Shown piece after piece: positions 1 to 12,185 of a stretch of DNA of 64,000 nucleotides. This DNA comes from Eledone cirrhosa (lineage: Eukaryota). A program made the position numbers and the translations under genes. Where the stretch lies: NCBI GenBank assembly GCA_964016885.1, contig OZ024749.1:34720001-34784000 (forward strand). Reading direction: 5' to 3'. Below the pieces are notes generated by a model, which was given only the letters and a program-made list of their open reading frames with translations, was not told where the DNA came from and did not search any database. Each line of letters begins with the position of its first letter. Position 1 is the stretch's first letter.

Positions 1-500
1 GATGGTGGTGAAGGAAGACTGGGTTGTGATTATGTTGATGGTGGTAGTGGTGGTGTTAGTTGTTGGTGTGGTAATGGTGGCAGTGGTATAGTGATGGTGG
101 TGAAGGAAGACTGGGTTGTGATTATGTTGATGGTGGTAGTGGTGGTGTTAGTTGTTGGTGTGGTAATGGTGGCAGTGGTATAGTGATGGTGGTGAAGGAA
201 GACTGGGTTGTGATTATGTTGATGGTGGTAGTGGTGGTGTTAGTTGTTGGTGTGGTAATGGTGGCAGTGGTATAGTGATGGTGGTGAAGGAAGACTGGGT
301 TGTGATTATGTTGATGGTGGTAGTGGTGGTGTTAGTTGTTGGTGTGGTAATGGTGGCAGTGGTGTAGTGATGGTGGTGAAGGAAGACTGGGTTGTGATTA
401 TGTTGATGGTGGTAGTGGTGGTGTTAGTTGTTGGTGTGGTAATGGTGGCAGTGGTGTAGTGATGAGGATGGTAAAGGAAGACTTGGTTGTGAAAATGGCA
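1..500. repeat. 92-bp GT-rich minisatellite, 5 near-identical copies plus a degenerate partial; runs off the window edge
   Basis: Unit GATGGTGGTGAAGGAAGACTGGG... restarts at 1, 93, 185, 277 and 369; degenerate copy at 461. Confidence 0.95.
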
Positions 501-784
501 GTGGTGATAATAATGGGGTAGCTGTGGTGCTGTTACTGGTCATGGAGTTCTGTGTTATGATGTTGGTGATGATGGTAATTTATTTGCCACAAAGACTATG
601 GAATAGGGAACATGATAAAAGAAATTACAATAACATGAGGAGTGTGTGTGTGTGTGGGGGGGGGGGGGGCTTTCATTAAGTATATATTTGGCATGTGACT
701 ATAGTTACACTGAATCTCCTTGAAAACTAAGTTATGGGTTCAATATGTTTATGGGATGCTCAGCCACTTGCATGTTAATTTCAT

Positions 785-915
785 TTTTCAACATAGTCCT
801 TAAAAAGAAACAATGCAGTTATTAATAAAAAAAAGTTGAAATTAATGCATGCAAGATTTCACAGCACTAGCATCACTCCTTCATAGTCAGCCTATGAATT
901 TTTCAGTATTTTTGT
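785..915 (+). mobile_element. Partial mariner-type MITE (same family as 27815-28004, 58650-59023, 59478-59679)
   Basis: Shares CAACATAGTCC...GAAACAATGCAG...GTTGAAATTAATGCATGCAAGATT...GTCAGCCTATGAA with the full copies. Confidence 0.7.
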
Positions 916-1623
916 ATATCAGTATCAGAATGGTGGTAGATTGCCAGAATTGTTAAAGATTCAGACAAAATGTCTTGTGGCTCTTTATGTAGTGAGTTCA
1001 AATCATCCTGAGGTCAACTTTGTCTTTGATTCGTCTCTAAAAATACCAAACAAACTGATTAGTTAATCAACCCCAATTCAAGAGTACAAAAGCGATCAAC
1101 TGTATCATAGTTCTATTGAAAGTGTCAAGTGTTTTATATTTGAAGTCACCTAACATCTCAGTTAACTCAGTAAAAACAATAGCTAGGCGTCTTTTATTGC
1201 CGAAATAATAGAATAAGGTCAAAACAACATTATTGTTTATAAAGAGTGTACGTTTGTTGAAGAGTTTTTATAGTATTTTTGTAACAATTATACAGCTTCA
1301 TAAGCTGTGCTGGGATCTCTTATGGTCCATTAAACCATGATAGAAGGCTTGTTAAAAGGAACGAACAACAATTTAACAATATGTTACCCACCCATCACAT
1401 TTCACCTTTTATATGATGTTTTTGTGAAGACATGTGGCCTAGTATTTAGGGTGTCAGACTCATGATCATAAGATTGTGGGTTTGATTCCTGGACAAGGTG
1501 GAATGTTGTGTTCTTAAGCAAGATACTTTATTTCTTGAAAACTTTGGTGAAAACATTTAGTCTTATATCTTTAATGAATAATCCATGTTTTATTTACATA
1601 AAGTGTTGTAATGAAGTCTCATA

Positions 1624-1700
<77 letters not shown>

Positions 1701-1792
1701 TATATACATACATACATTTAATAAATGAAACAAAACAAAACACAGGAAGCAAAATTACAGTTATATTAGGTTCACACACTTGGAGGATATAT

Positions 1793-1834
<42 letters not shown>

Positions 1835-2160
1835 GTTTGACGTCTATCTTCCACGCCAGCATGGATTAGACGGGAATTGTCCCACTTGAGGCAAGATTGG
1901 TCGAGTGACCGTGTCTTGCTCGTATAGGACTATCTGGATGCCCTTCCTAACACCAACCACATTTACAGTGTGGACTGGGAGCTTTTTACTGTGTTACCTA
2001 CATGGACACATTACAGCGTGAACTGTGTGTTTTTTTGTTGTGACACTGACACGACCTCATTGGTTTGGACTGGATGTTGTGGTACCAACATAACTTTACA
2101 GAGAAAGGGTGGTGTTGGTGGGAGTGGGAGGATGGAGTAGGGGTAGTGGGTTGGGGTGTG
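1793..2160 (-). mobile_element. 3' fragment of RTE family B (SINE-like 3' UTR, (ATG)n tail)
   Basis: Homologous to 28017-28500; contains GGATGCCCTTCCTAACACCAACCACATTTACAG and a terminal (ATC)n. Confidence 0.8.
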
Positions 2161-2399
2161 TATATGTATATTTCTATATATATATAGAGAGAGAGAGAGC
2201 AGGGAAAATGGTCATTAAATGATGATGATATATATATCAGGTATGTCCTAGCTTTTAGAATAGGTACATCAAATCCCTGCTTGTAAGAGGAAAATTAAAA
2301 AGATTTGTATGAGGAAGGGCATCCAGCTGTAAAACATTGTCTCAGACCATCCTGTCAAATCTATGCCAGTATGGAAGAGTGGATGTAAAAACACAGTTG

Positions 2400-2489
<90 letters not shown>

Positions 2490-2510
2490 AACAAGATATC
2501 GTTATAGGTA

Positions 2511-3135
<625 letters not shown>

Positions 3136-3205
3136 ATATATGTATATATATATATACATATATATATATACATACATATATATACATATATATATATACA
3201 TATAT

Positions 3206-3256
<51 letters not shown>

Positions 3257-3567
3257 CATATATATATACATATATATATATATATACACATATATATATA
3301 TATAAATATATATATATACATATATATATACATATATATATATGTATATATATATATATATGTATGTATATATATGTATATATATATATGTATATATATG
3401 TATGTATATATATATATATATGTATATATTTATATATGTATATATATATGTATATATGTATATATATATGTATATATGTATATATATGTATATATATATG
3501 TATATATGTATATATATGTATATATATATGTATATATATATATATGTATATATATATGTATATATAT

Positions 3568-3797
3568 AAGCAAATTATAAACGTAAACATGTAAGTATGT
3601 TTTTGAAACGGTGCGCGAGTTTGAAATTAGAAATTAGAAATTATAAGCTTTCACCGTATTTTTAGACTAAAGAAATTTCTAGCCTGATAGTGGGGTTTAT
3701 AACCCTCGGAGAAATGGAAAAAGATGAGTGTACAGCAACACTCATCTTTTTCCATTTCTCAGAGGGTTATAAACCCCACTATCAGGCTAGAAATTTC

Positions 3798-3798
<1 letters not shown>
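3568..3798 (+). mobile_element. Penelope-like terminal fragment with hammerhead 3' half and a 61-bp terminal fold-back
   Basis: GAAA-CGGTG...CACCG-TA at 3605-3658; inverted arms 3671-3731 and 3738-3798; second copy at 32612-32780. Confidence 0.6.
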
Positions 3799-3829
<31 letters not shown>

Positions 3830-3834
<5 letters not shown>

Positions 3835-4095
3835 TCATCATCATCATCACCGTTTTACGTCCGTTCTTCCACGCTAGCATGGGTTAGACGGGTTGTCCTG
3901 TTGTGGGCAGTGTCTGGTCGGCTGACCATGCCTTGCTCATACAGGAACTGATCTGGCTTGATTTCTACAGCTGGATGCCCTTCCTAACACCAACCTCATT
4001 TACAGTGAGTGCTGGGTGCTTTTTCGTGGCACCTACACGTCCACTTTACAGTGTGGGCTGGGTGCTTTTTTGCCGTGGCACCTCCACGGCCACCT
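3830..4095 (-). mobile_element. 5'-truncated CORE-type SINE (young family) with RTE-like tail
   Basis: Matches 19850-20120 in reverse; (ATC)n tail. Confidence 0.8.
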
Positions 4096-4112
4096 TATAT
4101 ACATATATATAC

Positions 4113-4172
<60 letters not shown>

Positions 4173-4177
<5 letters not shown>

Positions 4178-4376
4178 AACCAGTAAGACCTCGATGGCTG
4201 AGCTCAAGCCGTTTCGACGGCTAATTCTGGACTAAATTTAGTCCAGAATTAGCCGTCGAAACGGCTTGAGCTCAGCCGTCGGGGTCTTACTGGTTCCTAT
4301 TACCCACTCTACTACCCTAAGTATCGAGTACTTTGGTGCGTTATGGTCCACCTGGTTCCTTACCACATTTCCTTCG

Positions 4377-4378
<2 letters not shown>
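4173..4378 (+). mobile_element. Penelope-like terminal fragment beginning with a 128-bp spacerless palindrome
   Basis: Arms 4173-4236 and 4237-4300 with 2 mismatches; hammerhead 3' half GAAA-CGGCT-tgagctc-AGCCG-TC at 4258-4280; (TA)n on both sides; related tail at 8585-8625. Confidence 0.65.
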
Positions 4379-4463
<85 letters not shown>

Positions 4464-4485
4464 CATACATACATACATACATACA

Positions 4486-4536
<51 letters not shown>

Positions 4537-5527
4537 GACAACTCTGCAAGCTAGTGTCTGTAATGAAATATGAAGAAGTGGACAGTAAATTATAAACTGC
4601 CAAGAGATATGAAAGAAAAAAAGGAAATCAAATAAGAAAAACCAGAAAAATAAAAGGAGAGTTGGAAGAGGGAAAGGCAGAAGGAAAGAAAGAAAGAAGA
4701 AATCGTAAAAGAGTTATATAATAATTATAATAGGGTTGAGTAGGTATTATGTCATGTTTGTGGAGTTGCAGGAAATATGGGAGTAAGCTATACAGTTGTG
4801 TTTAGAGGCACAAACTGTTGCTGTTATCATCTCTGATCATAGTTTAGTCGGGGATGAGAGGAAACACTTTTAACCCTCTTCCAGTCAGTTCACTTGTGAA
4901 CCAAACTAATGTCTACTAATAGCATCTCATTCATCATTGTCATCACCATCATTATCACCATTGTTTAACATAGATTGGATGGGTCTCAGAACTCAGTGGA
5001 GGTCATTGTCCTGACAGATGGTCAGGGGACTACACCTTACTTATGTTTATTTCTACACTCTACAGTCTGTACTGTTAAAAATATAATGGCTTCTAAGTTA
5101 GGACCAAGGCAAATATTTTGGGGTAAGTCCAATACTGACTGATACTATATTTTATTGAATTTGAAAAAATGAAAGACAAAGTTGACCTCAATGAGATTTT
5201 AACTCAGAACATAAAAGGTTGTTGTAACTGAATTACATAAAATATTTTCTCTGTTAGTATATAATAAGTGTATGCATGCTCCCTTAACTCTTTAGGGAGT
5301 TGTAGGGATGCCATTTTGATATACAGTGTTTCTAAGGCATTTTAAAACCCGGTGAAGCCCAATCCTATCCAGTTCTGAATACAGCAGATTTCTTCCAAAG
5401 AAGAAAAGAGAGAGAGAGAGAATAGAAGTGATAAAGAGATATAGAGGAAGAATCAAGCCCAGTACTAAATAAATTATAAATAAAACTGATATCATAGGCA
5501 TCCACCATCATCATCACCTCTTTTTAA

Positions 5528-5748
5528 CCATTTAGCATTTAAACCAGCTGTATCCAGCCAGAATTCTTTCACCTCTTTCTGTTCAAACTAGTTATAACTG
5601 GCCACTCATACTGACGTTAAGGTATTGTTCTCAAAATAAATAACATCAAAATCTCATAGATTCGATATTATGTGAGGTAATTATGTGAGACAAAGCCTTT
5701 ACCATGAAAATATAATAGTAAATATAGAGTAATGTGAATGCTAAAGGG
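5528..5748 (+). mobile_element. piggyBac-type MITE (~220 bp)
   Basis: TTAA flanks; TIR CC(C)TTTAGCATT / AATGCTAAAGGG. Confidence 0.85.
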
Positions 5749-6496
5749 TTAATGTCCATTTTTCCACACTAGCTTGGGTTAGTTGAGTTGTCTCGTTGTG
5801 TGACAAGCCAGGTCAGATGACCATGTCTTGTTCATACAGAACTGATTTAATAGAATATTAAATATAAATTAAATTTATGACTGCGTCAGCATCAAAAGGC
5901 TTGACAATAAACTGAATGTTTTTAATTTTATTTTAAAACATTCTATATTCTTTTCATTGAGTTCTTATATTTTGACTTTCATTTAATTTAAATTATTGTA
6001 AGATCAAAATATGTTTTTATATATTATATATTTTACCTTCAAAGTGTTTCATTTGAGTACAATATATACAAAAGTGTTTTATTTCCTGAAATATCTTCCA
6101 AACTATCATAAAATGTAATGGAGGAAATTCCTTCTTTGGTAGTTTTCCTATTTTTATTTAGAACGGAAATATTTAGTTTTTCATAAGTCCTTATTACAGC
6201 AAAATCTCTCAGCCCATTTCACACAACATGAGACTAATTGCTTACTATTTCTTGACACTACACAACTCTCAATTGGTTTATCATTACATATATTTCTTCT
6301 GTTAAGTACTGAGAAATCTCTCCAACTAATCATCTTTCAGTCAGTTTAACATTTCCTTACTTTCTTATGACATATGCTATATTTCAATTAATAGAGGAAG
6401 AAATAGGACAGATTTCGTTACTGAAATTGTATAGGGTGGTTTATTGGCCGACAAGAGCTCAGCCAGTGGGCAGTAACTCCTTATAATATATATATA

Positions 6497-7016
6497 CTGT
6501 ATTAGACAGCTCATAGTATGCAATTTTTTTCCAAAAAATATCCCAGAAAAATATCCCAGAAAATATCCCAGAAAATCACCTAGCATCTTATAAGCTCAAG
6601 GGTCAGTTTGGGTAACTAGTGGAGTTCTAGTGGCTCTTAAATTAACCGCAAACATCTCTGCAAATGTAAACAAGGTGTCAATTGCTTCTACACCAACAAT
6701 AGCAACTCTTTTCTAAAAAAAGCTACAATTTTAATAACTTTTATGATGAATAAAGCAAATTTATTTTCACTTTCTTTTATTTTAAACAAAAAATACGATG
6801 TAAAGAATAAAGTACATTTATTTTCACATTTCCTTGTTTTAAAACTGTACTAAAATATTACAACTAGAATTACAATGTAGAATAATAATAAAATGATGTA
6901 CAAAGTTTATACCCTTCATCCGATATTCGTAGTTTAAACTCATTTTATCTTTTTGGTGCCTGCCCAAATTGAGGTGTATCTTATAAGCCCATGCATCTTA
7001 TAAACTGCTAAATCGG
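6497..7016. mobile_element. Non-autonomous Tc2/pogo-like DNA transposon relic
   Basis: TA-flanked degenerate TIRs CTGTATTAGACAGCTCATAGTATGCA / TGCATCTTATAAACTGCTAAATCGG with subterminal TCTTATAAG repeats. Confidence 0.5.
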
Positions 7017-7334
7017 TATATATTAGCCACACAGCCATGCCTGCATCTATTGTAAAAGTATTACCATTATTTGAAATAAATTCTATCTTTGGAATTATGT
7101 ATTATCTGACTATAATTTATTATTGTGGAATGAAGTCAATATTAAATATACATAAAATAACACTGAAGGTTACTGTCAATGATGCTTACAGTCAGTTAAA
7201 TAAAGTTCAACATGAAATATGAGGTTGAAATAATTATAACCGACCTTCGTATTAACCAGATCAATTTCCATCAAAATGTTATTGTTAATTGTTGCCTTCA
7301 ATACACAGTTTAGACTTCCAAACCACCTTCGTAT

Positions 7335-7672
7335 GTATATGATATGACCCCTGATTCTAAAGCTAAAAAAAAACAGGAATGAATCACATCCCTTTGTATG
7401 ATGCCTGTATCTGAAGATTAAAAAAATATGGGAATGAATTACATCTTGTGTATGATACAGTGCCTGTTTCTGAAGTAAAAAAAGACAAACAGGGAAAAAA
7501 TTACATTCCTTGAATATAATATGACTGGTGTATAACACATCTCCTGTTCTGAAGCTAAAAAAATCAGGAATATATTACAGCCTTGTATATAATATGACTT
7601 GAGTATAAAACACGCCCTGTTTGTGAAGCTAAAAGAACAGGAAAAAATTACATCCTTGTATAATATGACCCT
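7335..7672. repeat. Degenerate tandem repeat, ~5 units of 55-75 bp
   Basis: Recurrent CCTGT..TGAAG(C)TAAAA..CAGGAA..ATTACATCCTTG..TATAATATGAC. Confidence 0.75.
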
Positions 7673-7971
7673 TAAGTAGAGTCATATCTATGTAAATAGT
7701 TTTGTAAAGTTGTACCATTACCCATCAAAATCTCGATCTCACACATATATTTCACTGCTATATTCAATTTCTCACAAGGTTAAAGAATGTGACATAACCA
7801 GATGTTTTGAATTTTATGTAGATGTGCCCATCTTGATTTTCTTAATGAAGAAATATGAAATATTTGTCAACTCCAACTGAGGAAATGAGAATTGGTGGGA
7901 ACTTAGAGGAATGAAGGAAAAGTCATCAACCTTTTATAGCCATTTTCCTAGGATAATTAAATTTTATATAA

Positions 7972-8042
<71 letters not shown>

Positions 8043-8043
<1 letters not shown>

Positions 8044-8373
8044 TACGATATTAACAAATGGTTATCATATATATATATATATACGATATTAACAAATGGA
8101 AACTATATTTATAAAACCATATTTATTTCATTATACATATTTCAAGGACACCAAGTTAAATTATAAAACTGATCTATATTATATTTTATCTGATGAAAGC
8201 AGACCATAATTTAACTTGGTGTCCTTGAAATATGTATAATGAAATAAATATGGTTTTATAAATATAGTTTCCATTTGTTAATATCGTATTTTTACTCCAA
8301 ATATTTGTTGAGTGCTTTATATCAGTTATAAAAATATTTGCTTGTTGTATCCCAACAATTTAAATAGAACTTT

Positions 8374-8376
<3 letters not shown>
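8043..8376 (+). mobile_element. Penelope-like terminal fragment with an 84-bp inverted 5' copy
   Basis: Arms 8081-8164 and 8206-8289; extra short inverted stub at 8043-8061; (TA)n flanks. Confidence 0.65.
8182..8246 (+). ncRNA. Type I hammerhead ribozyme motif, Penelope type
   Basis: TATTTTAT CTGATGA AAGCAGACCA-taatttaact-TGGTGTCCTT GAAA TATGTA TA^ATGAAATA. Stem I is 8 bp (one G.U), stem II pairs 8/10, triplet is AUA. Confidence 0.7.
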
Positions 8377-8409
<33 letters not shown>

Positions 8410-8525
8410 CACACACACACACACTCATACATACATACACATATATATGTATATATATATATATATTTCCAAAATAAAGCATGAAACTAATAAGACTTTT
8501 TGTACCTCTGTTTGGTGTCCCCTTG

Positions 8526-8573
<48 letters not shown>

Positions 8574-9026
8574 AAGAGTTAACTGTATTACCCCAAGTAT
8601 TGAGTACTCTAGTGAGTAATGGTCTAACCAGTTTCTAACTGAATTCATCCTGATTTATATATATATATATGTATATGTAAATGTAATACATACATATAAT
8701 TTATACCACAAACGTTAAACTAATATATTTCTTCATTGTACTGTGCTGTTTGCTTTGTTATTTCTATTTACTTCATATATATATATATATATATTTGTAT
8801 AAATATTTGTATATATGGGGAACAGCCCTTGTTATATGTGCTGTTGAAAACACAACTACTTTAAATTTCAATCTTTTTATTAGAACCTTCTTGTATTCTC
8901 TAATAAGGTGTTTACAATAGAGAGAAAGATGTATATGCCTTTTAACCACTTGTAAATGTAGAATCTGCAGATATGTAAGCCAGGCTATGGTTTGTCAAAT
9001 GTATTTCAGTGAGTGATATATATATA

Positions 9027-9283
9027 TCATCATCATCATCATCATCAACGTTTAACATCCGTGTTCCACGCTTGCATGGGTTTGGACGGGGGTTTTCCCA
9101 CTTGAGGCAAGAGTGATTGTCTTGCTCGCATAGGACTGTCTGGCGGGTTTTCTACAGTTGGATGCCCTTCCTAACACCAACCACATTTACAGTCTGGGAG
9201 GTTTTTACCGTGTTGCCTACACGGCCACATTACAGCGTGGACTGTGTGTTTTTTTGTCGTGACACCTACACGATCTCATTTGT

Positions 9284-9287
<4 letters not shown>
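9027..9287 (-). mobile_element. 3' fragment of RTE family B
   Basis: Near-identical to 28017-28395. Confidence 0.85.
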
Positions 9288-9329
<42 letters not shown>

Positions 9330-9946
9330 GGGGGTAAGAAGCTCTCAGGAGAGCTGGACAGCAGAAGGTCTTCAGAGAAGAAATTCCCCCTCAAGTAAGT
9401 GTTTCGGCCTTTAACTTCTTACACTGTAAAGCCGCCAGGCTGCATTCAGGTCATGACTCCTCGGTGCCCTTCTGCTGGCATTTAACCATTCAGAAATCAG
9501 AGACTTGCTGTGTATTTAAACCATATGGAGATTTTGTTGCAACAACTTTCCATTGCTTCTGCTTTCAAACTTATACTTAAATGCTTTCTTGAATTGGAAA
9601 ATAACATTGGTAGTCCGGTAGTAGTGAAATACGGTCACCAGCAAGTGACTTCAAGTTACATCCTTTAATGTGCGTTAAAATAAAAACACAATGCCGCTCG
9701 AGTGGTATGGGAGTCGTTTTTGTTTCTCCTCGACCAGATCCTGCTGTAACTCCTTTCCGCTGCCTCTGATATTGCCTTAAAGGATTTGGTCCTTGTCTTC
9801 TCAGAGACTGGGAGTTGTTTCATGAGATTGTAGGCAAATTTGCCCACAAATCCTCTGGCTCGAACTTCTATTATGAGAACTTTGATTCAGAAGTTGGCTT
9901 CCCTCAAGCTGTTGGCCAAACTGACGAATTTTTCACTCTTGAATAC

Positions 9947-9947
<1 letters not shown>
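9330..9947 (-). mobile_element. 5'-truncated RLE non-LTR retrotransposon, Hero-like; ORF C-terminus plus 3' UTR, in (TA)n
   Basis: Translation FKSEKFVSLANSLREANF*IKVLIIEVRARGFVGKFAYNLMKQL...KAISEAAERSYSRIWSRR fits the K..KY..L / EVG.RGF / AE..S.W.W pattern of the Hero-type RLE C-terminus. Confidence 0.75.
9359..9425 (-). ncRNA. Candidate hammerhead ribozyme with permuted strand order in the Hero-like 3' UTR
   Basis: AGTG-TA^-AGAAG tta AAGGCC GAAA-CACT ... CTTCT-CTGAAGA-CCTT. Stem III is 5 bp, stem I is 5 bp, stem II is imperfect. Confidence 0.5.
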
Positions 9948-9984
<37 letters not shown>

Positions 9985-10072
9985 GAATATATAATATATA
10001 TATAATTGTCATCGCCATAGTTTAACACCCGCTTTCTCTGTTCTCAAGTATTGGCCAGGATATATATATATA

Positions 10073-10404
10073 GGAGGCACATGGCTTAGTGGTTAGAGCA
10101 TTGGCCTTGCAATCGAAAGGTTGTGAGTTCAATTCTCAGACCGGGTGATGTGTTGTTTCCTTGAGCAAGACACTTTATTTCACATTGCTCCAGCTGTAGA
10201 AATGAGATGATAGGGACTGGGGTCCCTATCATTCCACTGCTAAGTGGTCTGGTCGTGGAGGTGCCATGGCAAAAAAGCACCCAGCACTCACTGTAAATGA
10301 GGTTGGTGTTAGGAAGGGCATCCAGCTGTAGAAATCAAGCCAGAATCAGTTCCCGTCCCACCTTTGCAAGCAGGGAAAAGTGGACGTAAAATAAATAAAA
10401 TAAA
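10073..10404 (+). mobile_element. Full-length tRNA-derived CORE-type SINE with RTE-derived tail
   Basis: A box TGGCTTAGTGG; B box GAGTTCAATTC; CORE-like TCCTTGAGCAAGACACTTTATTTCAC; tail CCCGTCCCACC(C/T)TTGCAAGCAGGGAAAAG shared with the RTE LINE 3' end. Confidence 0.85.
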
Positions 10405-10451
10405 ATGAATATACACACACACACACACACACACCCATCACCCCACCAACA

Positions 10452-10496
<45 letters not shown>

Positions 10497-10497
10497 C

Positions 10498-10561
<64 letters not shown>

Positions 10562-10844
10562 CAATGATAGTTAGGTTTGAAAAAAAAAATCAAAAAATCA
10601 ATCTTTCAAGGCACATTGGTTCGATAGAGGGAGCATGTTACACAGATTATTTTTGTTGGTTTTTTGTATTTGTTCAGTAAATTCCCAGCCATCTGTTGTC
10701 TGTAGGACTCAGAATCAATAGAAACTGTTCTTCTGAAGTAAGTTTATGTCTCTAATGCTTTCATTTATGAATGACTTGATCACTACCTTCATGACAACCG
10801 CTTGACTCTGATTACTACAAGTACAACTAACGCTCACCTGCTGT

Positions 10845-11200
10845 ATTGTATCCTTGAGCAAGATACTGTATTCTGTGCTTCTCCTTCAATCATCTCTGCT
10901 GGAAAACATTTGTTTGACCTGTATTTTAAAGGACCAAACTTGTTGTGTACTGTTAAGGGTTCATGTGTCTGTGAAATGGTCAGCCTCTTGAACTATAATA
11001 CAAAGATGAGCTGTACCTGTATTTTAAAGGACCAAACTTGTTATGCACTGTGTCAAGCTGAATCTCCCTGAGAATCAAGTTAAGTCTACATGTGCCTGTG
11101 GAATGTTCAACCACTTGCAGATTAATGTTTTCACAAGTGGGCTGTACCACGTTGTTTGAACAACTGAAAACTTCATCATCAAAGCTGACGGATGTCCAGC
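10845..11200 (+). mobile_element. Older CORE-type SINE with an internal duplication. Other degenerate copies: ~680-785, 1425-1535, 17270-17580, 17915-18080, 21560-21755, 41180-41480(-), 49355-49676, 51080-51375(-)
   Basis: Shared TGAATCTCCCTGAGAA...CTGTGGAATG(C/T)TCAGCCACTTGCA...CAACTGGAAC body. Confidence 0.75.
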
Positions 11201-11309
11201 ACACACTCACACACGTGCACACACTCGTGTGCACATGCATGCATTCATATTAAAACAGGTAGGATCATTGTTGGAGTCAAGTACTTTTATAGAAAGATCA
11301 TATAGGACT

Positions 11310-11815
11310 TGTAATTGTTTTGTTTCGTAGGTGACCTAATTAGCAGTGGAGCAGATTGTTCTAAAAGTATAGTAGCTAGAATAAGAACAGGTTTGAAAAA
11401 GTTTCAGGAGCTACTGCCACTGTTAATAAGAAAGGTATTTTCTCTCTAAACAAAGGTAAATTGTATGATACCTGTGTGTGCAGCACAATTCTGTGTGGCA
11501 GTGAATATAGAGAATATTCAAGAAATAGACAGAAATTTATCAAGTATACTCTGATAGATGTGTCATATTAATGTGCATGAAAAATGAAGTATGGAGGAGC
11601 TGAGAGAAAAACTAGACATAAAAGGAATCAGATATTGCATGCAGGAGAGAAGATTGCACTGGTATGGACATGTAATGCATATAGATGATGATTGTTCAGT
11701 GAAGAAGAGCCAGGCGATCCCAGTGGAAGGAAGCAGAAGAAGAAGGAAATCTTGGAAAACTTAGCCTGAAGGGTGAGAACTGATCCCAAATTTCTGGACC
11801 TCACAGAGGAGATTG
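11310..11815 (+). pseudogene. Decayed RTE LINE post-RT fragment
   Basis: Homologous to the reverse complement of 45330-45930 (RRLHWYGHVMH.DDD...); multiple stops. Confidence 0.8.
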
Positions 11816-12185
11816 ATCTGTAAGATGTGATATTAATTTACCTGTTGTGGTGTGAGGGGAACTATGTGTGTATTTTAATTGTATTTAAAGGTTACACATT
11901 TATTTAAATGATATACATTGAATACATAACTAGGGGGGTGATGAAAGAGAATACAGACAATAGGGAATAATGGAGAAGCTTGGCATGAATCCTGCAAAAC
12001 TAACCCCTGCTTTATCAGAGATGATGGACTTAAAATGCTTGCTGTTGTTGTTATTGTTGTACAGTAAGAAAGAGATATAGGGGAAGATCAACCCCAGTAC
12101 TGGTAGTTAGTTATTTATCAACCTTAAAAGGATGAAAGGTAAAGTTGAGATTGGCAAGGATTTGAACTCTGAAAGCCGGAAGTAA

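Noticed and set aside
1-500. Gly-rich reading of the 92-bp repeat
   Set aside because: The unit length is not a multiple of 3, and the frame hits a TAG in the second unit.
10073-10150. tRNA gene-like A/B boxes here and at other SINE heads
   Set aside because: They continue directly into SINE bodies and lack a proper acceptor stem, so they are not tRNA genes.
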